This document shows, piece by piece, positions 14,185 to 28,300 of a stretch of DNA of 64,000 nucleotides. Source of the DNA: the human T2T-CHM13v2.0 reference genome, Homo sapiens. The DNA is taken from NCBI RefSeq assembly GCF_009914755.1, contig NC_060933.1, one strand, 5' to 3'. Positions within the stretch are counted from its first letter, which is position 1, and every line of letters begins with the position of its first letter. Made by a program: the position numbers and the translations under genes. The notes beneath the pieces were generated by a model, which searched no databases, was not told the origin of the DNA, and saw only the letters and a program-made list of their open reading frames with translations.

Positions 14185-17100
14185 ATTCGATTCCATTCCA
14201 TTCACCTGCACTCGCGTTGATTCCATTCCATTCCATTCCATTCCATTCCATTCCATTCCATTCCGTTCCGTTCCATTCCATTCCATTCCATTCCATTTCA
14301 TTCCGTTCCGTTCCATTCCATTCCATTCCATTCTATTCGGGTTAATTCCATTCCATTCCATTCGATTGCAATCGTGTTGATTCCATTCCATTCCATTCCA
14401 TTCCATTCCATTCCATTCCATTCCATTCCTTTCCATTCCATTACGGATGATTCCATTCCATTGCATTCCATTCCATTCCATTCCCCTGTACTCGGGTTGA
14501 TTCCATTCCATTGCATTCCAATCCATGCCCTTCTACTCGTGTTGAATCCATTCTTTCCATTCCATTCAAGTTGAATCCATTCCATTGCAATCCATTCCAT
14601 TCGATTCCATTCGATTGCACTCGGGTTGATTCCATTCCATTGCATTCCATTCCATTCCATTCCATTCCATTCCATTCCGTTCCATTCCATTCCATTACAT
14701 TCGGATTGATTCTATTCAATTCCCTTACACTCCATTACATTCCATTCCATTCGGGTAGTTTCCATTCCATTCCATTCCATTCCTCTCCATTCCATTGCAC
14801 TCGGGTTGATTCCATTCCATTGCATTCCATTCCATTCCATTCAATTCCATTCCGTTCCATTCCACTCCATTACATTCGGATTGATTCTATTCAACTCCCT
14901 TACTCTCCATTACATTCCATTCCATTAGGGCAGTTCCATTCCATTCCATTGCATTCCACTCCATTCCATTGCACTCGGGTTTATTCCATTCCATTCCATT
15001 CCATTCCATTTCATTCCGTTCCATTCCGGAAGATTCCATTCCATTGCATTCCATTCCATTCCATTCCCCTGCACTCGCTTTGATTCCATTCCATTCCATT
15101 CCATTCCATTCCATTCCATTCCATTCCTTTCCGTTCCATTCCATTCCATTCCATTCCATTCCATTCCATTCCATTCCGTTCCATTCCGTTCCATTCCATT
15201 CCATTCCATTCTATTCGGGTTAATTCCATTCCATTCCACTCGATTGCAATCGAGTTGATTCCATTCCATTCCATTCCATTCCATTGCATTCCATTCCTTT
15301 CCATTCCATTCCTTTCCATTCCATTACGGATGATTCTATTCCATTGCATTCCATTCCATTCCATTCCCCTGTACTCGGGTTCATTCCATTCCATTCCATT
15401 CCAATCCATGCCATTCCACTCGTGTTGATTCCATTCTTTCCTTTCCATTCAAGTTGAATCCATTCCATTGCATTCCATTCCATTCCATTCCCCTGCAGTC
15501 GGGTTGATTCCATTCCATTCCATTCCATTCCATTCCATTCCATTCCGTTACGTTCTGTTCCATTCCATTCCATTCCATTCTATTCGGGTTAATTCCATTC
15601 CATTCCATTCCATTCCATTCCATTCCAATTGAGTTGATTCCATTCCATTCTATTCCATTCCATTCCACTCCATTCCAGTCCTTTCCATTCCATTCCACTC
15701 GGGTTGATTCCAATGTATTCCTTTCCATTCCATTCCATTCCATTGCAATCGAGTTGATTCCATTGTTTTGCATTCCATTTCATTCCATTCCATTCCGGAT
15801 GATTCCATTCCATTGCATTCCATTCCATTCCATTCCCCTGCACTCGGGTTGATTCCATTCCATTCCACTCCATTCCGTTCCATTCCATTCCATTCCATTG
15901 TATTCGAGTTAATTCCATTCCATTCCATTCCATTCCATTCCCTTCCATTCCATTACAATCGAGTTGATTCCATTGCATTCCATTCCATTCCATTCCAGTC
16001 CTTTCCATTCCATTCCACTCGGGTTGATTCCATTCTATTATTTTCCATTCCATTCCATTCCCTTCCATTCCACTCTGGTTGATTCCATTCCTTTCCATTC
16101 CACTCGAATACATTCCCTCCTATTCCACTCGGAACGATTCCATTCCATTCCATTCCATTCCATTCCATTCCATTCCATTTCGTTCCATTCCATTCTATTC
16201 CGTATCATTCCATTCCATTCCATTTCATTCCATTCCATTCCATTCCACTCGTGTTGATTCCATTCCTTTCCATTCCATTCGGTTTGAAGGCATTCCATTC
16301 CATTCCATTCCATTCCATTCCATTCCGTTCCATTCCATTCCATTCCATTGTACTCGGGATGATTGCATTCCAATGCATTCCATTCCATTCCATTCCGTTG
16401 CATTCCATTCCATTACATTCGGATTGATTCTATTCAACTCCCTTACTCTCCATTACGTTCCATTCCATTCGGGTTGTTCCATTCCATTCCATTCCATTCC
16501 ACTCCATTCCATTGCACTCGGGTTGATTCCATTCCATTCCATTCCATTCCATTCCATTCCATTCCATTCCATTCCGGATGATTCCATTCCATTACATTCC
16601 GTTCCATTACATTCCCCTGCACTCGCGTTGATTCCATTCCATTCCATTCCGTTCCATTCCATTCCATTCCATTCCATTCGATTCCGTTCCTTTCCATTCC
16701 GTTCCATTCCATTCTATTCGGGTTAATTCCATTCCATTCCATTCGATTGCAATCGAGTTGATTCCATTCCATTGCATTCCATTCCATTCGATTCCATTCG
16801 ATTGCACTAGGGTTGATTCCATTCCATTGCATTCCATTCCATTCCATTCCATTCCATTCAGTTCCATTCCTTTCCATTACATTCGCATTGATTCTATTCA
16901 ATTCCCTTACACTCCATTACATTCCATTCCATTCGGGTAGTTTCCAATCCATTCCATTCCATTCCTCTCCATTCCATTGCATTCGGGTTGATTCCATTCC
17001 ATTGCATTCCATTCCATTCCATTCAATTCCATTCCGTTCCATTCCATTCCATTCCATTACATTCGGATTGATTCTATTCAACTCCCTTATACTCCATTAC

Positions 17101-20100
17101 ATTCCATTCCATTCGGGTTGTTCCATTCCATTCCATTCCATTCCACTCGGTTTGATTCCATTCCATTCCATTCCATTCCATTCCGGAAGATTCCATTCCA
17201 TTGCATTCCATTACATTCCATTCCCCTGCACTCGCGTTGATTCCATTCCATTCCATTCCATTCCATTCCATTCCATTCCGTTCCGTTCCATTACATTCCA
17301 TTCCATTCCATTCCATTCCGTTACGTTCCATTCCATTCCATTCCATTCTATTCGGGTTAATTCCATTCCATTCCATTCCATTCCATTCCATTCCGGAAGA
17401 TTCCATTCCATTGCATTCCATTCCATTCCATTCCCCTGCACTCGCGTTGATTCCATTCCATTCCATTCCATTCCATTCCATTCCATTCCATTCCATTCCT
17501 TTCCGTTCCATTCCATTGCATTCCATTCCATTCCGTTCCGTTCCCTTCCGTTCCGTTCCATTCCATTCCATTCCATTCTATTCGGGTTAATTCCATTCCA
17601 TTCCATTCGACTACAATCGAGTTGATTCCATTCCATTCCATTCCATTCCATTCCATTGCATTCCATTCCTTTCCATTCCATTACGGATGATTCCATTCCA
17701 TTGCATTCCATTCCATTCCATTCCCCTGTACTCGGGTTGATTCCATTCCATTCCATTCCAATCCATGCCATTCCACTCGTGTTGATTCCATTCTTTCCAT
17801 TCCATTCAAGTTGAATCCATTCCATTGCATTCCATTCAATTCCATTCCACTGCAGTCGGGTTGATTCCATTCCATTCCATTCCATCCCATTCCATTCCGT
17901 TCCGTTCCGTTCCGTTCCGTTCCATTCCATTCCATTCCATTCCAATCTATTCGGGTTAATTCCATTCCATTCCATTCCATTCCATTCCATTTCAATCGAG
18001 TTGATTCCATTCCATTCCATTCCATTCCATTCCACTCCATTCCAGTCCTTTCCATTCCATTCCACTCGGGCTGATTCCAATGTATTCCTTTCCATTCCAT
18101 TCCATTCCATTGCAATCGAGTTGATTCCATTGCTTTGCATTCCATTCCATTCCATTCCATTCCGGATGATTCCATTCCATTGCATTTCATTCCATTCCAT
18201 TCCCCTGCACTCGGGTTGATTCCATTCCATTCCACTCCATTCCGTTCCATTCCATTGCATTCCATTGTATTCGGGTTAATTCCATTCCATTCCATTCCAT
18301 TCCATTCCATTCCATTCCATTCCATTCCATCACAATCGAGTTGGTTCCATTCCATTCCATTCCATTCCATTCCATTCCATTCCATTCCGGATGATTCCAT
18401 TGCATTACATTCCGTTCCATTACATTCCCCTGCACTCGGGTTGATTCCATTCCATTCCATTCCATTCCATTCGATTCCATTCCATTCCAATTCTTTCCAT
18501 TCCATTCTATTCCGTACCATTCCATTCCATTCCATACCATTCCATTCCATTCCATTCCATTCCGTTCCGTTCCGTTCCGTTCCATTCCATTCCATTCTAT
18601 TTTATTCGGGTTAATTCCATTCCATTCCATTCCATTCCATTCTATTCCATTCCATTGCAATCGAGTTGAATCCATTGCATTCCATTCCATTCCATTCCGG
18701 AAGATTCCATTCCATTGCATTCCATTCCATTCCATTCCCCTGCACTCGCGTTGATTCCATTCCATTCCATTCCATTCCATTCCATTCCGTTCCGTTCCGT
18801 TCCATTCGATTCCATTCCATTCCGTTCCGTTCCGTTCCGTTCCATTCCATTCCATTCTATTCCGTACCATTCCATTCCATTCCATACCATTCCATTCCAT
18901 TCCATTCCATTCCGTTCCGTTCCGTTCCGTTCCATTCCATTCCATTCTATTTTATTCGGGTTAATTCCATTCCATTCCATTCCATTCCATTCTATTCCAT
19001 TCCATTGCAATCGAGTTGAATCCATTGCATTCCATTCCATTCCATTCCGGAAGATTCCATTCCATTGCATTCCATTCCATTCCATTCCCCTGCACTCGCG
19101 TTGATTCCATTCCATTCCATTCCATTCCATTCCATTCCGTTCCGTTCCGTTCCATTCGATTCCATTCCATTCCGTTCCGTTCCGTTCCGTTCCATTCCAT
19201 TCCATTCTATTCGGGTTAATTCCATTCGATTGCAATCGAGTTGATTCCATTCCATTCCATTCCATTCCATTCCATTCCATTCCATTCCTTTCCATTCCAT
19301 TACGGATGATTCCATTCCATTGCAATACATTCCATTCCATTCCCCTGTACTCGGGTTGATTCCATTCCATTCCATTCCATTCCATTCTATTCCATTCCAT
19401 TCCATTCCATTCCGGAAGATTCCATTCCATTGCATTCCATTCCATTCCATTCCCCTGCACTCGCGTTGATTCCATTCCATTCCATTCCATTCCATTCCAT
19501 TCCATTCCGTTCCGTTCCGTTCCATTCCATTCCATTCCATTCCATTCCATTCCGTTCCGTTCCATTCCATTCCATTCCATTCTATTCGGGTTAATTCCAT
19601 TCCATTCCATTCGATTGTAATCGTGTTGATTCCATTCCATTACATTCCATTCCATTCCATTCCATTCCTTTCCATTCCATTACGGATGATTCCATTCCAT
19701 TGCATTCCATTCCATTCCATTCCCCTGTACTCGGGTTGATTCCATTCCATTGCATTCCAATCCATGCCCTTCCACTCGTGTTGATTCCATTCTTTCCATT
19801 CCATTCAAGTTGAATCCATTCCATTGCATTCCATTCAATTTGATTCCATTCGATTGCACTCGGGTTGATTCCATTCCATTGCATTCCATTCCATTCCATT
19901 CCATTCCGTTCTATTCCATTCCATTACATTCGGATTGATTCTATTCAACTCCCTTACTCTCCATTACATTCCATTCCATTCGGGTTGTTCCATTCCATTC
20001 CATTCCATTCCACTCCATTCCATTGCACTCGGGTTGATTCCATTCTTTTCCATTCCATTCCATTCCATTCCGGATGATTACATTCCATTGCATTCCGTTC

Positions 20101-20135
20101 CATTACATTCCCCTGCACTCGCGTTGATTCCATTC
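14185..20135 (+). repeat. ~6.2 kb-period duplication, copy 2 (contains extra 350-bp duplication)
   Basis: See copy 1; e.g. ORFs 9407..9931 vs 15589..16113 and 11978..12457 vs 18135..18614. Confidence 0.9.
18495..19212 (+). repeat. Apparently perfect 350-bp tandem duplication
   Basis: 18495-18862 matches 18845-19212; identical ORFs 18611..18850 and 18961..19200. Confidence 0.92.
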
Positions 20136-23100
20136 CATTCCATTCCATTCCATTCAATTCCAATCCATTACAATTCGTTCCATTCTATTCTATTCCGTAC
20201 CATTCCATTCCATTCCATGCCATTCCATTCCACTCCATTCCATTCCATTCCGTTCCATTCCGTTCCATTCCATTCCATTCCATTCTATTCGGATTAATTC
20301 CATTCCATTCCATTCCATTCCATTCTATTCCATTGCATTGCAATCGAGTTGAATCCATTGCATTTCATTCCATTCCATTCCACTCCATTCCATTCCATTC
20401 CGGAAGTTTCCATTCCATTGCATTCCATTCCATTCCATTCCCCTGCACTCGCGTTGATTCCATTCCATTCCATTCCATTCCATTCCGTTCCGCTCCATTC
20501 CATTCCATTCCATTCCGTTCCGTTCCATTCCAGTCCATTCCATTCTATTCGGGTTAATTCCATTCCATTCCATTCGATTGCAATCGAGTTGATTCCATTC
20601 CATTCCATTCCATTCCATTCCATTCCATTCCATTCCATTCCTTTCCGTTACATTCCATTCCATTCCATTCCATTCCATTCCATTCCGTTCCGTTCCGTTC
20701 CATTCCATTCCATTCCATTCTATTCGGGTTAATTCCATTCCATTCCATTCGATTGCAATTGAGTTGATTCCATTCCATTCCATTCCATTCCATTCCATTC
20801 CATTCCTTTCCATTCCATTACGGATGATTCCATTCCATTGCATTCCATTCCATTCCATTCCCCCGTACTCGGGTTGATTCCATTCCATTCCATTCCAATC
20901 CATGCCATTCCACTCGTGTTGATTCCATTCTTTCCATTCCATTCAAGTTGAATCCATTCCATTGCATTCCATTCCATTCCATTCCCCTGCAGTCGAGTTG
21001 ATTCCATTCCATTCCATTCCATTCCATTCCATTCCATTCCATTCCATTCCGTTCCGATCCATTCCATTCCATTCCATTCTATTCGGGTTAATTCCATTCC
21101 ATTCCATTCCATTCCATTCCATTCCAATCGAGTTGATTCCATTCCATTCCATTCCATTCCATTCCACTCCATTCCAGTCCTTTCCATTCCATTCCACTCG
21201 GGTTGATTCCAATGTATTCCTTTCCATTCCATTCCATTCCATTGCAATCGAGTTGATTCCATTGCTTTGCATTCCATTCCATTCCATTCCATTCCAGATG
21301 ATTCCATTCCATTGCATTCTATTCCATTCCATTCCCCTGTACTCGGGTTGATTCCATTCCATTCCACTCCATTCCGTTCCATTCCATTCCATTCCATTGT
21401 ATTCGGGTTAATTCCATTCCATTCCATTCCATTCCATTCCATTCCATTACAATCGAGTTGATTCCATTCCATTCCATTCCATTCCATTCCATTCCAGTCC
21501 TTTCCATTCCATTCCACTCGGGTTGATTCCATTCTATTAGTTTCCATTCCATTCCATTCCCTTCCATTCCACTCTGGTTGATTCCATTCCTTTCCATTCC
21601 ACTCGAATACATTCCCTCCTATTCCACTCGGAACGATTCCATTCCATTCCATTCCATTCCATTCCATTCCATTCCATTTCGTTCCATTCCATTCTATTCC
21701 GTATCATTCCATTCCATTCCGTTCCATTCCATTCCATTCCATTCCACTCGTGTTGATTCCATTCCTTTCCATTCCATTCGGTTTGAAGGCATTCCATTCC
21801 ATTCCATTCCATTCCATTACATTCCATTCCATTGTACTCGGGTTGATTCCATTCCATTGCATTCCATTCCATTCCATTCCATTCCGTTGCATTCCATTCC
21901 ATTACATTCGGATTGATTCTATTCAAATCCCTTACTCTGCATTACATTCCATTCCATACGGGTTGTTCCATTCCATTCCATTCCATTCCACTCCATTCCA
22001 TTGCACTAGGGTTGATTCCATTCCATACCATTCCATTCCATTCCGGATGATTCCATTCCATTGCATTCCGTTCCATTACATTCCCCTGCACTCGCGTTCA
22101 TACCATTCCATTCCATTCCATTCAATTCTATTCCATTACAATTCGTTGCATTCCATTCTATTCCGTACCATTCCATTCCATTCCATACCATTCCATTCCA
22201 TTCCATTCCATTCCATTCCATTCCATTGCATTCCATTCCATTCCATTCCATTCCATTCCATTCCATTCCGTTCCGTTCCATTCCATTCCATTCCATTCTA
22301 TTCGGGTTAATTCCATTCCATTCCATTCGATTGCAATCGAGTTGATTCCATTCCATTCCATTCCATTCCATTCCATTCCTTTCCATTCCATTACGGATGA
22401 TTCCATTCCATTGCATTCCATTCCATTCCATTCCCCTGTACTCGGGTTGATTCCATTCCATTCCATTCCAATCCATGCCATTCCACTCGTGTTGATTGCA
22501 TTCTTTCCATTCCATTCAAGTTGAATCCATTCCATTGCATTCCATTCCATTCCATTCCCCTGCAGTCGGGTTGTTTCCATTCCATTCCATTCCATTCCAT
22601 TCCATTCCATTCCATTCCGTTCCGTTCCATTCCATTCCATTTCATTCTATTCGGGTTAATTCCATTTCATTCCATTCCATTCCATTCCATTCCATTCCAA
22701 TCGAGTTGATTCCATTCCATTCCATTCCATTCCATTCCACTCCATTCCAAGATATTCCTTTCCATTCCATTCCATTCCATTGCAATCGAGTTGATTCCAT
22801 TGTTTTGCATTCCATTCCATTCCATTCCATTCCGGATGATTCCATTCCATTGCATTCCATTGCATTCCATTCCCCTGCAATCGGGTTGATTCCATTCCAT
22901 TCCACTCCATTCCGTTCCATTCCATTCCATTCCATTTTATTCGGGTTAATTCCATTCCATTCCATTCCATTCCATTCCATTCCATTCCATTACAATCGAG
23001 TTGATTCCATTCCATTCCATTCCATTCCAGTCCTTTCCATTCTATTCCTCTCGGGTTGATTCCATTCTATTAGTTTCCATTCCATTCCATTCCCTTCCAT

Positions 23101-23349
23101 TCCACTCTGGTTGATTCCATTCCTTTCCATTCCACTCGAATACACTCCCTCCTATTCCACTCGGAACGATTCCATTCCATTCCATTCCATTCCATTCCAT
23201 TCCATTTCGTTCCATTCCATTCTATTCCGTATCATTCCATTCCATTCCATTCCATTCCATTCCATTCCTTTCCATTCCATTCCATTGTACTCGGGTTGAT
23301 ACCATTCCATTGCGTTCCATTCCATTCCATTCCATTCCATTACGTTGCA

Positions 23350-26300
23350 TTCCATTCCATTACATTCGGATTGATTCTATTCAACTCCCTTACTCTCCAT
23401 TACATTCCATTCCATTCGGGTTGTTCCATTCCATTCCATTCCATTCCACTCCATTGCATTGCACTCGGGTTTATTCCATTCCATTCCATTCCATTCCATT
23501 CCATTCCATTCCGGAAGATTCCATTCCATTGCATTCCATTCCATTCCATTCCCCTGCACTCGCGTTGATTCCATTCCATTCCATTCCATTCCATTCCATT
23601 CCATTCCATTCCTTTCCCTTCCATTCCATTCCATTCCATTCCATTCCAATCCGTTCCATTCCGTTCCGTTCTGTTCCATTCCATTCCATTCCATTCTATT
23701 CAGGTTTATTCCATTCCATTCCATTCGATTGCAATCGAGTTGATTCCATTCCATTCTATTCCAATCCATTCCATTCCTTTCCATTCCATTACGGATGATT
23801 CCATTCCATTGCATTCCATTCCATTCCATTCCCCTGTACTCCGGTTGATTCCATTCCATCCCATTCCAATCCATGCCATTCCACTCGTGTTGATTCCATT
23901 CTTTCCATTCCATTCAAGTTGAATCCATTCCATTGCATTCCATTCCATTCCATTACCCTGCAGTCGGGTTGATTCCATTCCATTCCATTCCATTACATTC
24001 CATTCCATTGCATTCCGTTCCGTTCCATTCCATTCCATTCCATTCTATTCGGGTTAATTCCATTCCATTCCATTCCATTCCATTCCAATCGAGTTGATTC
24101 CATTCCATTCCATTCCACTCCATTCCAGTCCTTTCCATTCCATTCCACTCGGGTTGATTCCAATGTATTCCTTTCCATTCCATTCCATTCCATTGCAATC
24201 GAGTTGATTCCATTGCTTTGCATTCCATTCCATTCCATTCCATTCCGGATGATTCCATTCCATTGCATTCCATTCCATTCCATTCCCCTGCACTCGGGTT
24301 GATTCCATTCCATTCCACTCCATTCCGTTCCATTCCATTCCATTCCATTGTATTCGGGTTAATTCCATTCCATTCCATTCCATTCCATTCCATTCCATTA
24401 CAATCGAGTTGATTCCATTCCATTCCATTCAATTCCAGTCATTTCCATTCCATTCCACTCGGGTTGATTCCATTCTATTAGTTTCCATTCCATTCCATTC
24501 CCTTCCATTCCACTCTGGTTGATACCATTCCTTTCCATTCCACTCGAATACATTCCCTCCTATACCACTCGGAACGATTCCATTCCATTCCATTCCATTC
24601 CATTCCATTCCATTTCGTTCCATTCCATTCTATTCCGTATCATTCCATTCCATTCCATTCCATTCCATTCCATTCCATTCCATTCCATTCCATTCCATTC
24701 CATTGTACTCGGGTTGATTCAATTCCATTGCATTCCATTCCATTCCATTCCATTCAATTCCATTCCATTACAATTCGTTCCATTCCATTCTATTCCGTAC
24801 CATTCCATCCCATTCCATACCATTCCATTCCACTCCATTCCATTCCATTCCGTTCCATTCCGTTCCATTCCATTCCATTCCATTCTATTCGGATTAATTC
24901 CATTCCATTCCATTCCATTCCATTCTATTCCATTCCATTGCAATCGAGTTGAATCCATTGCATTTCATTCCATTCCATTCCATTCCATTCCATTCCGGAA
25001 GATTCCATTCCATTGCATTCCATTCCATTCCATTCCCCTGCACTCGCGTTGATTCCATTCCATTCCATTCCATTCCATTCCATTCCGTTCCGTTCCGTTC
25101 CGTTCCATTCCATTCCATTCCATTCCATTCCATTCCGTTCCGTTCCGTTCCATTCCATTCCATTCCATTCTATTCGGGTTAATTCCATTCCGTTCCATTC
25201 GATTGCAATCGAGTTGATTCCATTCCATTCCATTCCTTTCCATTCCATTACGGATGATTCCATTCCATTGCATTCCATTCCATTCCATTCCCCTGTACTC
25301 GGGTTGATTCCATTCCATTCCATTCCAATCCATGCCATTCCACTCGTGTTGATTCCATTCTTTCCATTCCATTCAAGTTGAATCCATTCCATTGCATTCC
25401 ATTCCATTCGATTCCATTCGATTGCACTCGGGTTGATTCCATTCCATTGCATTCCATTCCATTCCATTCCATTCCATTCCATTCCATTCCATTACATTAC
25501 ATTCGGATTGATTCTATTCAATTCCCTTACACTCCATTACATTCCATTCCATTCGGGTAGTTTCCATTCCATTCCATTCCATTCCTCTCCATTCCATTGC
25601 ACTCGGGTTGATTCCATTCCATTGCATTCCATTCCATTCCATTCAATTCCTTTCCGCTCCATTCCATTCCATTACATTCGGATTGATTCTATTCAACTCC
25701 CTACTCTCCATTACATTCCATTCCATTCGGGTAGTTTCCATTGCATTCCATTCCATTCCTCTCTATTCCATTGAACTCGGGTTGATTCCATTCCATTGCA
25801 TTCCATTCCATTCCATTCAATTCCATTCCGTTCCATTCCATTCCATTACATTCGGATTAATTCTATTCAACTCCCTTACTCTCCATTACATTCCATTCCA
25901 TTCGGGTTGTTCCATTCCATTCCATTCCATTCCACTCCATTCCATTGCACTCGGGTTTATTCCATTCCATTCCATTGCATTCCATTCCATTCCATTCCGG
26001 AAGATTCCATTCCATTGCATTCCATTCCATTCCATTCCCCTGCACTCGCGTTGATTCCATTCCATTCCATTCCATTCCATTCCATTCCATTCCATTCCAT
26101 TCCATTCCTTTCCGTTCCATTCCATTCCATTCCATTCCATTCCATTCCAATCCATTCCATTCCGTTCCGTTCCGTTCCATTCCATTCCATTCAATTCTAT
26201 TCGGGTTAATTCCATTCCATTCCATTCGATTGCAATCGAGTTGATTCCATTCCATTCCATTCCATTCCATTCCATTCCATTCCATTCCTTTCCATTCCAT

Positions 26301-28300
26301 TACGGATGATTCCATTCCATTGCATTCCATTCCATTCCATTCCCCTGTACTCGGGTTGATTCCATTCCATTCCATTCCAATCCATGCCATTCCACTCGTG
26401 TTGATTCCATTCTTTCCATTCCATTCAAGTTGAATACATTCCATTGCATTCCATTCCATTCCATTCCCCTGCAGTCGGGTTGTTTCCATTCCATTCCATT
26501 CCATTCCATTCCATTCCATTCCATTCCGTTCCGTTCCATTCCATTCCATTCCATTCTATTCGGGTTAATTCCATTTCATTCCATTCCATTCCATTCCATT
26601 CCATTCCAATCGAGTTGATTCCATTCCATTCCATTCCATTCCATTCCATTCCACTCCATTCCAGTCCTTTCCATTCCATTCCACTCGGGTTGATTCCAAT
26701 GTATTCCTTTCCATTCCATTCCATTGCATTGCAATCGAGTTGATTCCATTGCTTTGCATTCCATTCCATTCCATTCCATTCCGGATGATTCCATTCCATT
26801 GCATTCCATTCCATTCCATTCCCCTGCACTCGGGTTGATTCCATTCCATTCCACTCCATTCCGTTCCGTTCCATTCCATTGCATAGTATTCTGGTTAATT
26901 CCATTCCATTCCATTCCATTCCATTCCAGTCCTTTCCATTCTATTCCTCTCGGGTTGATTCCATTCTATTAGTTTCCATTCCATTCCATTACCTTCCATT
27001 CCACTCTGGTTGATTCCATTCCTTTCCATTCCACTCGAATACATTCCCTCCTATTCCACTCGGAACGATTCCATTCCATTCCATTCCATTCCATTCCATT
27101 CCATTCCATTCCATTTCGTTCCATTCCATTCTATTCCGTATCATTCCATTCCATTCCATTCCATTCCATTCCATTGTACTCGTGTTGATTCAATTCCATT
27201 GCATTCCATTCCATTCCATTCCATTCCATTCCGTTGCATTCAATTCCATTACATTCGGATTGATTCTATTCAACTCCCTTACTCTCCATTACATTCAATT
27301 CCATGCGGGTTGTTCCATTCCATTCCATTCCATTCCATTCCATTCCATTCCATTCCATTCCGGATGATTCCATTCCATTGCATTCCGTTCCATTACATTC
27401 CCCTGCACTCGCGTTGATTCCATTCCATTCCATTCAATTCCATTCCATTACAATTCGTTCCATTCCATTCTATTCCGTACCATTCCATTCCATTCCATAC
27501 CATTCCATTCCATTCCTTTCCATTCCGTTCCATTCCGTTCCATTCCATTCCATTCCATTCTATTCGAATTAATTCCATTCCATTCCATTCCATTCCATTG
27601 TATTCCATTCCATTGCAATCGAGTTGAATCCATTGCATTTCATTCCATTCCATTCCATTCCATTCCATTCCATTCGGGAAGATGCCATTCCATTGCATTC
27701 CATTCCATTCCATTCCCCTGCACTCGCGTTGATTCCATTCCATTCCATTCCATTCCATTCCATTCCTTTCCATTCCATTATGGATGATTCCATTCCATTG
27801 CATTCCATTCCATTCCATTCCCCTGTACTCGGGTTGATTCCATTCCATTCCATTCCAATCCATGCCATTCCACTCGTGTTGATTCCATTCTTTCCATTCC
27901 ATTCAAGTTGAATTCATTCCATTGCATTCCATTCCATTCGATTCCATTCGATTGCACTCGGGTTGATTCCATTCCATTGCATTCCATTCCATTCCATTCC
28001 ATTCCGTTCCATTCCATTCCATTACATTCGGATTGATTCTATTCAATTCCTTTACAGTCCATTACATTCCATTCCATTTGGGTAGTTTCCATTCCATTCC
28101 ATTCCATTCCTCTCCATTCCATTGCACTCGGGTTGATTCCATTCCATTGCATTCCATTCCATTCCATTCCATTCCATTCCATTCCGTTCCATTCCATTAC
28201 ATTCGGATTGATTCTATTCAACTCCCTTACTCTCCATTACATTCCATTCCATTCGGGTTGTTCCATTCCATTCCATTCCATTCCACTCCATTCCATTGCG
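23350..28300 (+). repeat. Diverged ~2.5 kb-period tandem pair
   Basis: Offsets 2486 (ORFs 23459/25945), 2491 (ACTCGAATAC 24542/27033), ~2472 (GTTGATTCAATTCCATTGC 24712/27184), 2530 (ORFs 25248/27778). Confidence 0.6.
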
